Source: Rhina ancylostomus (Eukaryota). From it: a stretch of DNA of 64,000 nt. Position numbers and translations under genes: made by a program. Positions 13,075-24,360 of this stretch are shown piece by piece. Where the stretch lies: assembly GCA_030265395.1 (NCBI GenBank), contig JARFYF010000052.1, positions 115,108,781 through 115,172,780 on the forward strand. Reading direction: 5' to 3'. Each line of letters starts with the position of its first letter. Positions within the stretch are counted from its first letter, which is position 1. The notes under the pieces were generated by a model that saw only the letters and a list, made by a program, of their open reading frames with translations, ran no database searches and was not told the DNA's origin.

Positions 13075-14144
13075 AAGTCACGGCTCTTGAATCTGATGGA
13101 GTTTTCTGAAGAAGTAACTGAGAGGATTGATGAGGGCAGGGTGGTAGATGTCTACCTGGACTTTAACAAGGGCTTTGACAAGGTCCCACATAGTAGGCTG
13201 GTCGGGAAGGTTAGAACAGATGGGATACAGGGTGAGTTAGCCAGATGGATACAAAATTGGCTTGGTGGTAGGAGAGAGAGAGTGGTAGTGGATGGTTGAT
13301 TTTCAAATTGGAGGTTTGCAACCAGTGGTGTGCCATGGGGATTGGTGCTGTGTCCTTTATTGTCTGTCATATATATTAATGATTTGGATGAGAACATAGG
13401 CAGCAAGGAAGTTTGCAGAAGACACCATAACTGATGGTAGAATGGACAGTGAGGAAGGTTGTCTCAGGTCACAACAGCACATAGTTCAACTGAGAAAGTG
13501 GGCAAGGGAATGACACAGTGGTAAGGAAGGTATAAGGCATGCTTGCCTTCATCAGCAAGGCATTGAGCATAAGAGTTGGAGTGTTATGCTACTGTCGTAC
13601 AAACATTGATTAGACCACACTTGGAGTATTGTGTGCATTTCTGGTTGCCACACTTTTGGTTGGATGTCATTAAGCTGGAAAGGAGACTGAAAAATTCACA
13701 AGGATATTGCCTGGATTGGGCAGCTTGAGGAGAGATTGGATGGGCTACATCTGTTTTCATGGACCGAAGGAGGCAGAGAGGTGACGTGATGGAGGTACAT
13801 AAAATTATGCGAGGTATAGATAGGGTAGATAGTCTGTGGTAGGGGTGTCTAAACCTGGAAGGCATAGGTTTGTGAGAGGGACGAGGTTTAAAGGGTACCT
13901 GAATGGTAATTTTTTTCACACAAAGAGTAGATGGTATCTGGAGTGAGATGCCAGAGAAGGTGGTGGAGCCAGGAATAGTAACAACATTTAAGAAGAACCT
14001 GGACAGGTACATGAATGAGCAGGTCCAAGAGGGATATGAAATTAATGCAGGTGAATGGGATTAGTATAGATAGGCATTATGGTTGGCATAGACATGGTGG
14101 GCTGAAGAGTCTGTCTCTATGCTGTGCAACTCTATGATTCTATG
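13075..14144 (+). mobile_element. CR1 LINE, RT domain to 3' end (5'-truncated, disrupted)
   Basis: LNLMEFSEEVTERIDEGRVVDVYLDFNKGFDKVPHSRL...WIQNWL; SGVP-like motif; CR1 3' UTR ending ctatgattctatg. Confidence 0.95.
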
Positions 14145-15888
14145 TAGTGTGGGACTCTGCCTGAATAATTCTGGCATCACAATCTCATCTTGTGGAGATT
14201 AATGTTGTTTCCAGCTATTACCCTGGTGCTTAGTTGCTGTGGCTGGAGAGGCACTGGTGTGCACAGTGTGAGAAATAGAGGTTAGTTCTTATCCTCTCAG
14301 GATTCATTCCTTTGGGCAGTGCTGACCACTGAAAATGTCTGACAACCTGGCAGTCTCGGAATGAAGGAAACATTCTGCGAAAATGGCATNNNNNNNNNNC
14401 ACTGAGGGAGTGGAAACCTCTCCTGCTCCTGAGAAGTTATTCACGTGAGCCTTTATGGGTAAGTGGATGAAGCTAATAGCTCTCTGATTCATAGGAAGCC
14501 AACAATACTGTGTCTGAGATTCATCACATCCTTCACAGAAATCAGAGTAAATGAAAGCTTTTCTTCATGAATACAAAAAGAGGAAGAGATGAAGGAAAAA
14601 TAAATACCCGGAAGATAAAATGGCCCATTTGGTACAGCCTAGGTAATAGACAATATTAAAATGTCTTTGATCCCAGCTGAAGTAGGAAGATCAAGTTTAT
14701 GAGGTCGACCTTTAAACTTAAACTTTTGAAAGTGCTGGTTAATATTTCCTGGCAGGACCAACAACTGAACACCAGCAGTTGGTGGGCTCCTTGGCTATCC
14801 TGTGGCTGTCTCGTGCAATTTCTCCCCCCTTCTGCCATATGGGAAATTCAGTTGCCCATTAACACATATTGAACGCTTGGCAGAGTGCCCGAATTATGCT
14901 GATGAGATGTGAGCCTGAAAATGTTTCTGGCTGCTCTGTCAACTCAATGTTAAATCTGGGTGAAAGTTGATCTCACCCCCTTCCCGCAGCTCTCTTTAAA
15001 GGGAACAATATAATTGGGTCAAGTGCTTTCATGAAAAAAATATTACCAACATTTATAGGCACCCTGGCATATTGAAATCTCTCAAAGACTTCAAACAGCG
15101 ATTACTTTGGATATACAATGATAATTGTGTACTTTACATGTAAACTGCTCCCTATTGCAGTCTGTTTAAAACAGCCTGGAAATTCATGTCTCCATTCTAC
15201 TGCCACAACAACAATGGAAAAAGGATTATAAAGCACTGGAGATGTGCTCACTGGAATTTCTATGACCAGCATATTTTTTGTTACCTACCCATATTGGTAG
15301 TGGTGCAGCAGATCATATGGTGAGTGTAAAATTGTACAAACAATTGTACAAACACATTGCACAAAAGACCCTTCATTGTGTGTTGCTATACTTCTGGGTT
15401 GAAGTCCCTTTTAACAATCACCCATTGTTTTCAAATTAAAACGATTGTCCTTCAAAAGTATCCTGAAATTCCATTGAGCATCCATGTTAAACTTTCATAG
15501 CAGACTGTAAGGNNNNNNNNNNTCAATGCTGTTTTCAGCATTTTCTATTGTTCCTGAGTCTCCCAGTTCCAGTCACACCAACATCCTTGGAAAATCCATG
15601 CTCACTATCAAGACCAATTTGCCTGGATGATTCACAGGAAACAATATCCATTGCCTCAAGCTGAATTGATATGCAAAATCCAGAAACCTATTTTGTCTAC
15701 ACCAGACATGATCTCTCATCATCTGTCAGCTGCCCAGGGGTTTAAATCACTGTAAGTTAAATTTGAATTAATAACATCATTTTAATAAAAGTTGAACCAA
15801 AGTTCTTCTATGGCTACATTGTCTAAAATCATGAAATGTGACAACAAACTGGTTGCTTTTGAGTCCAAAGTATAAACAGTACCAGCAA

Positions 15889-16105
15889 TTTGCATATGTA
15901 GAGCTCTTTTCATGAAATAAACTGTCCCAAGGCATTTCAAAGGGCAAGACTTGACAGTGAGAAGTCTGGGCAAGCAGCCAAAAATATGGCCAAAGAGATA
16001 GGTTTTAAGAATGATTCTTAAGGAGGAGGAAGAGGGGGAGACAAAGGTCTTAAGAGAGGGAATTCCAGAGCTTAGAACCTTAGCAACTGAGGACGATGTT
16101 GCCAA
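15889..16105 (-). mobile_element. L2-clade LINE 3' end
   Basis: Reverse strand has ctctggaattccctc...cttaaaacctatctcttt and a tail gccttgggaca..tgaaaagagctctacatatgcaa, typical of L2. Confidence 0.7.
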
Positions 16106-16152
16106 AGGGGTAATAATAAAAGCAGGGTTATAAGAACAAGGCAATGGATGCA

Positions 16153-16372
16153 TTTTTAAGATCTGGGCATCACTCGCAAGGCTAGAATTTATTGTCCATT
16201 TGCAATTGTCTCTTGAGAAGGTATGGTCACATCTGAGTGGCTTGTCAGGGTATTTAAAACAATTAAACACATGAGGTGGGTCTGGAGTTACATATAAGCC
16301 AGACCAAGTAAGATGGCAGATCGCTTCCTGAAGGACATAGTGAAGCAAATGGATTTTTTTATAACAATCTGG
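16153..16372 (-). mobile_element. Deu-domain SINE (SacSINE1/AmnSINE1-related)
   Basis: Reverse strand gattgttataaaaaaaatccatttgcttcactatgtccttcaggaag..atctgccatcttacttggtctggcttatatgtaactccagacccac matches the recalled Deu domain; tail ggacaataaattctagccttgcgagtgatgcccagatc. Confidence 0.8.
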
Positions 16373-17605
16373 TGGGTATTTTTTATATAGTCATCATTAC
16401 ATCATTCATCAGAGGCATGACTACAATGATTACAATCTCATTTAATATTGTTCCAGATTGATCTCACCTTCAGCTGGCATTTCTGTTGAGAAATGTCAGC
16501 AGTAGGCAGGCCACTACTATTCTGCCACCAGTCCTGTTGCTGAGTTCCTTTGCAAGACACCAATGTGCTGAGCAGAGGAGAGGCTAGCCGAAAGACAGCA
16601 ATCCCATTCATTTGACTCAGTTTGCTGACCCTGTGAGGAAAAATAAGTGAAGATAAGAAGTTTACTCATTTTACTTTATTTAATTATTGTTTTTAATTAT
16701 TTGCTGTAATTTTTAAATATTTTGAATTAATTTTGATCTTTCTTAAAATATTTTACTGATATTTAGAACAAACATTTAAAACTATTTGAACAGTTGTTTT
16801 AAGTCTCTGAATATATTTATAAACATTTCCAAAAGCTGTCAAAGGCTATTATAGCATTTCATGGGCATTCTGGAGCATTCAGGATCCAGTGCCTGAGACT
16901 TGTTCACAATATGAGCCCACTCCACTGTACAGCATGCCTTTCCGGTAAGAGGGTTTAGCTTGGCTGGTCCTCCTCAGCAGTGCAGGCAAGTGCACTTTAC
17001 ATCTTTGGGCAACGTTGGATCCAGGATTCACCCCAATATCTTCCCTGAAGACAATTCATGTTGATCCTCAGTAATTTACCAACAATACACAGAAGGGCAA
17101 GAGGGGTTGGATATACAAACCACACCTCAGGGAGTAGTTAATCTGAATAAACAGTCATAAGTAAGTATATCTTCTAGGAAGAGTATTTTGCTTTCCTCTC
17201 ATTTGAAGGAAAATTATTGGTCTTGGACCCCATGAAGTCAAGGCCTACAATTCCAAAGAGAGGAACAAGCCTACAGTATTGGAAACCTTGAAAGAAACAA
17301 AACACAGCTGAGTTGTTTAGTCTCAATTAACAGAACATTTATTCCCAGTGCTAAATTAGCATGAAAAATTATTTTTAAAATAAGCTTTAGCATTATTTCA
17401 TCATTTTCCCTTTTTATAACAAATATGTTCTTCTGCTCATTTCTGTTTTCATGTTTCATAATATTTTTCTTATTAGCTGTCTATGAGGGGAGGGATAGAG
17501 GATAGAAATGGGGAAGTTCTGAGGGTGTGGAAAGTTACATTTTAATCTTACCCATTTTTGCTAATATAATCAATCTGAGCTTTGGAAAACATCAAATTTT
17601 TTGTA

Positions 17606-17895
17606 AGATATCTTTATCAGTCATATGTACATCGAAACACAGTGAAATGTATCTTGGCGTAGAATGTTCTGGGAGCAGCCCACAAGTGTTGTCATGCTTC
17701 TGGCACCAACATAGCATGCCCACAACTTCCTAACCCATATATCTTTGGAATGTGGGAGGAAAATGGAGCACCCAGAGGAAACCCATGCAGACACAGGGAG
17801 AATGTACAAACTTCTTACAGACAGCAGCAGAAATTGAACCCGGGCCGCTAGCGCTGTAATAGTGTTATGCTAATCGCTACACTGATGTGCCTGCC
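17606..17895 (-). mobile_element. V-SINE with Rex1/Babar-like tail
   Basis: Full-length reverse copy of 21629-21926 with tRNA-like head (A/B boxes), V-domain and gatgtacatatgactgataaagat tail. Confidence 0.9.
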
Positions 17896-19329
17896 GTACC
17901 GTGAACTAACAAAATCTTTGAAACCTCTGCCTGGGGCCATGAATAATTTTACACTATGGATGAAAGAACTTCCTTCCCCACCTACGTAAATAGCTATTCT
18001 GTTAATCTCTTAAATGACCCACTGTCCTCACAATGTCAGGGATTGTCATGGGACAGAGACACAATCAAAGGCTGAGAAGACAAAACTGGCTAAAATTCTT
18101 CTGCCATAAATGTAATTTAATGGAGATGATAAAACTGACATTTATTATTAATGTATCTATAGTAATAAATATTGAGTGCATTCAAAATGGCATCTTGGTA
18201 ATAAGTTATCTATTGCATTTTATAAGAAGTTCTGCATTTACGATGGGAAATTCTCATGTCAACATCATGCTGATAGCATAGGCTGGTCATGTACATAAAC
18301 ACCATTTACTTTCCCTTGTGATTGCCGGAGAAAAAAATGTTTTAAATGTGGATTGACATTGACACCATTCAGAGAATCAAATGCTGCCAAGATCTTATTG
18401 CAAACACAAAATAATCAGTGGGGTGGATAATTGTGTAGTGTGCATTGAACTCCACAGACAAATTGCTGAAGTGAAGTTGTGATCAAGTGAAGCTCTGCAC
18501 TGGCTGTGCTAATTTGTAAAAGCCATCACTGCAAATAAATCCAGCTTCAATTAAACATGCTTTCAAATCCAGTACACATATCTCAGATATCTTTGTCTCC
18601 TAACAAACATAACACTGGGAAGAAAAAATGCAACTGCTGACTTGGCAACAGCAGTGAAAGATCAGTACTGAGGTGCATTGCATATGCACAGTCATCCTTA
18701 TAGGCTTACTGTTCACAGGACCAACGTTATGTTTTAATACTGCTTGCAGTGCCCACTGATGGAAGAATCTGCAGTGTGCGGACATTGGTGAATGAAGAAG
18801 ATGATTTCACTTTAAAATATCTATTTGTTTGCTTTACTTTTACTATAATATATTCTTAACCCGGTAGTCTTGATTTGCAGTGGAAAGCAAGGAATAGAAA
18901 GTATCAACAAGCATGCTACCAGCTTCTCGGTTAATCGAGAGTTAAGTGAACTTACTGTCAGCTGGCTCAGAACTCGTGGCAATTAGTAATATAAATATCT
19001 AAATTCTATCTAACAGCAGGGTGTTTTAGAATAATATCCAGTGTCCCCTTTATGCAGTGTTTTTGGAGGATGGACTTTGGTGAGTAGGGAACATTGGAGA
19101 AGCAAAAGCAATATTTCAGCTTTGTACTTGAAACGTCAAATAACTTATTCTTCTTTCGGTTTAGTGAGCTTATCTTAGCAGAAAGGCGCATGGTGNNNNN
19201 NNNNNNNNNNNNNNNNNNNNNNNNNNNNNNNNNNNNNNNNNNNNNNNNNNNNNNNNNNNNNNNNNNNNNNNNNNNNNNNNNNNNNNNNNNNNNNNGCTTA
19301 TCTTAGCAGAAAGGCGCATGGTGGGACAA

Positions 19330-21628
19330 CCCAACATCTTGTGCTGTGCTGGAACTTCAGAATACTTCCCGATTCCCGAACAACTGCAGGTGCAGGAATC
19401 ATTGTCAGCTAGAGGAGCTTAAGTTCTGGGTTTTAGAGCCTAAGGTACATCTGATGTCACTGCTGTCTATTCGCAAGGCTAAGAGTTTTATGGATAGCAC
19501 TTCAGAAGGTGGTCACCCAGCATCTTAAGAGAGTGATTGCTAGGCAGACAAAAATGAACAGGCAAGGGTTTCAAAAGACCTTCCAAGGGCATCTTGCTCT
19601 GTAACTATTATTTGGTTTTGAATATTGATGAGGGAGCCTTTTCCTTGGGTTGTGTAGCCAGAGCACAAGCCATGGTATTAGGGGTAGCTCAACTGCACAG
19701 GGAAGGGGGAGGAAAGTCAAGAGAACATTAGTTACGTGGAATCCTATATTTAGTAGACTGACACACATTTCTGCAATCGCAGCTGTAATTACAGAACTAA
19801 ATGTTGCTTCCCAGGTGCTAGGGTCATGGATGTCACTGAGTAGTTGGAGAACATTCAGGAAAGGGAGGATGAATGATCAAAGGTTGTGGTCCATATTGTT
19901 GCCAACAATCAAGGTACAAAAAAGGAATGATGCCCTGCAGGCAGATTTAAAAAGGTAGGAGGGAGATTAAGAAGCAGGACTTCAAAGTAATTTTCCCCAG
20001 ATTGCTTCTGCAGCCATGAAGTATAGAAATACGAAGGTGGTGTAGGTGACTACGTGGCTGAAGAGATGATACAGGAGAGATGAACACAGGGACTAGCTCT
20101 GAGAACGTGAACCTGTACAAGCCTGACAAGTTGCACTTCAACTGGGTCACGACCAATATCCTCACAGATTAGCTTCCAAGTGCTGTTAGTAAGGTTTAAA
20201 CTACAAGGGGTACAAGGAACTACACTTCCTGGAATCTGGGGGCAAAAACAAACTGCTGGAGGAACTCAACGGGTCAAGCAGTATCTGTGGAGACAAAGAG
20301 ATAGTTGACACTTTGAGTCAAGACCCTGCATCAGGACTGGTGCTGGAGGAAAGGATGGGACTTTCCTCCAGCAGTTTGTTTTGTGCTGAAGGTTTAAACT
20401 AACTTAGCAGGGAAATGGAAAAATGACCAAAAATTCACAGAGAGAAGGGGAAATGGAAATGGAGGATATAATATTAATAAGAGAGTTTAAAAGGCAGAGA
20501 AAACAGAGTTCAGATGGTAGGCAGAAAGGGAAAATAGCTAAGCTTAATGGTAAAAGTAAGGAATATGGTGAATAACACAGATGAAGTTGAAGGATCATAT
20601 TAAACCTGTTACAGAAACATGACTTAAAGAGGACCAGGGCTGGAAGCTTAATATTCCTGATTACAGAGTTTTCAGTTGAGATAGACAAGGGAACAACAAA
20701 GGAGGTTGGTTTGTGGGCAATATTGTAAAGAAACAATTACAGCTGTGAGAAAATATAATACCTCAGAATAATCATCAAATAAGATTATGTTGGTTGAACT
20801 AAAGAACAAGCAATGGGTAATCACAATGCTGTGCGTGTATTACAGATGGAAGACCAAATTTGCAGGCAAATTTCTGACAGGGGAAAGCACTTGAACAGTA
20901 AAAGTGGAAGATTTCAATTACCCTATTAACAGTGTAAAACATATAAAGGGCATACAATTCCTAAACTGCATTCAGGAGAGCTTTTTTTCTAGCCAGTATG
21001 TAGCAAGCTCAACCAGAGGAGGGGAGTAGTTTCGGATTTAGTCTTAGGGTATCAACTTGGGCAGGAACCTACAGGGAGTATCAATGGGACTGATCATAAT
21101 TTAATTATATTTAACATTGTTATGGGAAAGGACAAATATAATGCAGGAGTTCTAAATTGGGGTAAAGCCAGTTTTATGAGACTGAGAAGCTATTTAGCAA
21201 AAGTGAACTGGGAAACAGCTACTTAAAGGTAAATCATTCTCAGAGCAATGGGAGATATTTAAGAAGGATATTCAAGGCATTCAGGAATAAGCCAGTTCCC
21301 ACAAAGAGAAAGAATGGGACTGTTGAACCTAAAGTTTCCTGGATGACAAGGTCAGACATCAAAATTTTAATAGAGAAGGCAGATACAGAATAAGAAAGTG
21401 GATGAGTTAAATTAATAAGGATATTTGGAAAACAAAAAGACAATATGGTAAATCTTCTGTCAAGAAAAATCAAAGATGTTTTGTAAGCACGAAAAGAACA
21501 AAAGAATATTTAAAGAGAGAGTAGGGTCTATTAGGAATGGAAAGGTAACCTCAATATGAAGGCAGAGGATCTGGGTAGGGTTCTTAATGTATAATTTATG
21601 ACTGTCATTACAAAGGAGGGATATGATG
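19330..21628 (+). mobile_element. CR1 LINE 5' part: ORF1 (zinc finger + SGNH esterase) and ORF2 APE endonuclease, decayed
   Basis: MLELQNTSRFPNNCRCRNHCQLEEL (ORF1 zinc-finger-like); tgttgcttcccaggtgctagggtc = CCFPGARV and gtggtccatattgttgccaac = VVHI.AN (esterase); agatttcaattacccta = DFNYP (endonuclease). Confidence 0.9.
20204..20388 (-). mobile_element. 185-bp Penelope-derived mini-element nested in the CR1
   Basis: Perfect 13-bp TSD aaggtttaaacta (20191-20203, 20389-20401); pLTR sequence with a degenerate hammerhead on the minus strand; internal inverted repeat aaacaaactgctggaggaa / ttcctccagcagtttgttt. Confidence 0.9.
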
Positions 21629-21926
21629 TGCAGGCATGGTAGTGTAGCAGTTAGCGTAACACTATTACAGTGCTAGCGACCCAGGTTCAATTTCGACCGC
21701 TGTCCGTAAGGAATTTGTACGTTCTCCCCATGTCTGCGTGGGTTTCCTCCAAGTGCTCCGATTTCCTCCCACATTCCAAAGACGTACGGGTTGGGAAGTT
21801 GTGGGCATGCTACATTGGCGCTGGAAGCATGGTGACACTTGCAGGCTGCCCCCAGAACACTCTACACAAAAGATGCATTTCATTGTGTGTTTCGATGTAC
21901 ATGTGACTAATAAAGATATTTAATCT
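21629..21926 (+). mobile_element. V-SINE with Rex1/Babar-like tail
   Basis: Head ggtagtgtagcagttagc (A box), ggttcaattt (B box); V-domain tttgtacgttctccccatgtctgcgtgggtttcctcc...cccacattccaaagac; tail gtacatgtgactaataaagat. Confidence 0.92.
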
Positions 21927-22620
21927 TATAATTACAGAAGTTGGCTTATTAGATATAAACATAGGAATATAAAAGATAGACTTAAATGCAGTTTGCAATT
22001 TTGCAGGATGTACATCAGCAGGAGCTGTGGGTTCTGGCATTTTTGCTTGCAACATTTTGATTCTACAGACTTAACTGAAACTTGTTAGCAAACTTTCTCT
22101 TACACAAATATCCTTTATGATAAAAAGTAACATAACTAATAACATTAACTATGATGGCAATGGATTCCTCAGGCACTCCAATGACTTAATCTGAGGCATT
22201 TGGTGTAAGTTTCCAATTCAGACCACTGATTTTCTGTAGTCTCCTTTCCATTTTATACCTATTAGGCTATCCTATTCTGACACATTGTTCATACCCATTA
22301 GGCTTTCCCATCCTAATACATGTTGATTAAATTTTTCCAGAGGACTTGGTCATGCTTACAACAAAATCTCCTTTAAAGTATTATTTTGACAGGGGTTAAG
22401 AAATGGTCAATGAACTGATATTTCCTCAGTTAGTTCCTCATAAAAGCATAGCTAAAGGGGTAAAATACTAGAAGGCAGCTAGAAAGAAATTTAAAAATAC
22501 CAAAATGAGAACAGCATTCTACCAGGAAAATTGAAACAAAAAACACCTGTGACATTTCAAAGAATTCCAGTTACCCACATATCTACTGCTTCACAACATT
22601 CACTTACCAATATGTAAATA

Positions 22621-23017
22621 CATTTAAACTCTGATAATCCAACATCCATCCAATTGTTTGGAAATCCAGATGGTTTGGCATCTGACTCGCTCACATTAGT
22701 CAAGAGTGGGAGCCCAGAGTGAGCGCAGGCGTGCAGCCAAAACTAGCAACAGTAAATTTGACGATGAAGCTGGGGTGAATTTGAGGATGAAGCTGAGGTG
22801 AATTTGTAGATGAAGCTGGGGTCTGGAGTACTTGTATATTTCCTGTTCCCTTTAAACTCAGTGTTCACTGCAGAATTTATTACAGCATTGCATAACTGTA
22901 CAAAAAGTGAAATAATTGTGTTTTGGTATCAAAAGGAGTAACATCCAATAGTATGGAAAACTTGCTGGCCCGACATCACCGAAGTCCAAAGGGTACTGGA
23001 TTATCAGAGTTTTATTA
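22621..23017. mobile_element. Tc1/mariner (Tigger/pogo-like) MITE
   Basis: Terminal inverted repeats with a 16-bp perfect core aaactctgataatcca / tggattatcagagttt, TA on the left flank; internal ~21-bp tandem repeat gatgaagctggggtgaatttg. Confidence 0.75.
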
Positions 23018-23911
23018 CATAAATTGCTGCAATGACAATCAGGTCTTTGAACTGATACTCAAAATTGATGCAGTTTGGTATGGTAAACAACTCTTACAAT
23101 TCAGGTAATTGGCTTGCTATACTACTTTGCACTGACAAACCAATTATGCTAATATTTGTGAGTATGGAAATAATGAGTAATTTTAAAGAAACTAAGAGCA
23201 CAAAGTTTCTGGCATTTCAAGTTACCAGGCTGAGTTGGAGACCTTAATCTGGATTTAAGATAACAATTTTTGAAAGAAGCTGTTTGATTAGCTGGTTCAA
23301 GTCAAACAGTAATAAATGGAATTGATGCAGTCTGGATGCCATTTCCTACATGGCACAAAAGATCCTGTTCCAGTGGACAACCCTGGAAAACAGCCAAGCA
23401 AAAGGAAAACTGCAAACACATACAATCCAAAGAATAAGCTTGGTTCAATTTATAACATACTAATTTTCAAAATTAGTAGATTTCAAGTTTCATCCTTGCT
23501 CCATTACCCGAACATAGGGTGAAGGCTTAATTGCCAAAGGTGCTATCTACAAAGATGGTAAACTAATGCTTTGCATGCCTTTTCAAGCCAAGCTAAAAGA
23601 TCCTACATCACACCAAGGAAAAAAATGAATTTTCCCAGTGTTCTAGGCAACACTTCTGTCCCAATCAACATTTGATTCTAGCATGCTCATTTCGAAAATA
23701 ACTTTTGATTGACTTCATCTCTCATGTTTCTCAACTATCCTTGTAATGGAGAAATTTAGTATGTGTTATAAAGAGCCTGACTATTGTTTATTTGTTCTTG
23801 TAGGTTAGGTGAGTGTGGTCTGTTTGATAACCTGGGACATTACAACTCTAGATCACATAAACCCTCTGAATGCAATATAAGAGCAGAGTATTCATCATTT
23901 TGACTTCTTAA

Positions 23912-24115
23912 GGTATAGCGGTGGTGTAATGGTTACATTACTGGATTCATAATTGAGAGGCCTGGAGTAATGATCCAGAGACTATAGTTTAAATCATACC
24001 ATTGCAACTGCAGGATGTACATTTAATTTAAACTCATCTCAAACCAAGTAGGGATGGACAATAAATGCTGGCCTTGCTAGTGACACCCAGATCGCAAAAA
24101 TGTATTGGAAAAAAC
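23912..24115 (+). mobile_element. Internally deleted SacSINE1-like SINE
   Basis: tRNA-like head ggtggtgtaatggttacattactgga and tail tagggatggacaataaatgctggccttgctagtgacacccagatc; Deu domain missing. Confidence 0.75.
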
Positions 24116-24300
24116 TCCTTCATCCACCTTCAATCAGATGGAAACTGAAAAGTGGGCGGATTGAGTGTCCTGCATACGCAGATAGAACTGCATTTGAAGA
24201 NNNNNNNNNNNNNNNNNNNNNNNNNNNNNNNNNNNNNNNNNNNNNNNNNNNNNNNNNNNNNNNNNNNNNNNNNNNNNNNNNNNNNNNNNNNNNNNNNNNN

Positions 24301-24360
24301 AAAGATGCATTTCATTGTGTGTTTCGATGTACATGTGACTAATAAAGATATCTTATATCT
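24301..24360 (+). mobile_element. V-SINE 3' tail following a 100-N gap
   Basis: aaagatgcatttcattgtgtgtttcgatgtacatgtgactaataaagatat is identical to the tail at ~21869-21919. Confidence 0.9.

Noticed and set aside
14301-14458. Exon-like segment between a tcctctcag acceptor and a gtaagt donor
   Set aside because: Stop codons in all three frames and no recognisable homology. A non-coding exon cannot be excluded.
16630-16860. Very AT-rich tract, with a similar one at ~42085-42220
   Set aside because: Possibly the interior of an old non-autonomous DNA transposon, but no termini could be defined and low complexity may explain the similarity.
19168-19323. 28-bp exact direct repeat (gcttatcttagcagaaaggcgcatggtg) around an N run, resembling a long TSD or CRISPR-like repeat
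   Set aside because: It flanks exactly 100 Ns and occurs only twice, the usual signature of overlapping contig ends at a scaffold gap.
21629-21700. tRNA-like A/B boxes
   Set aside because: This is a SINE head; no cloverleaf is evident and it continues into the V-domain.
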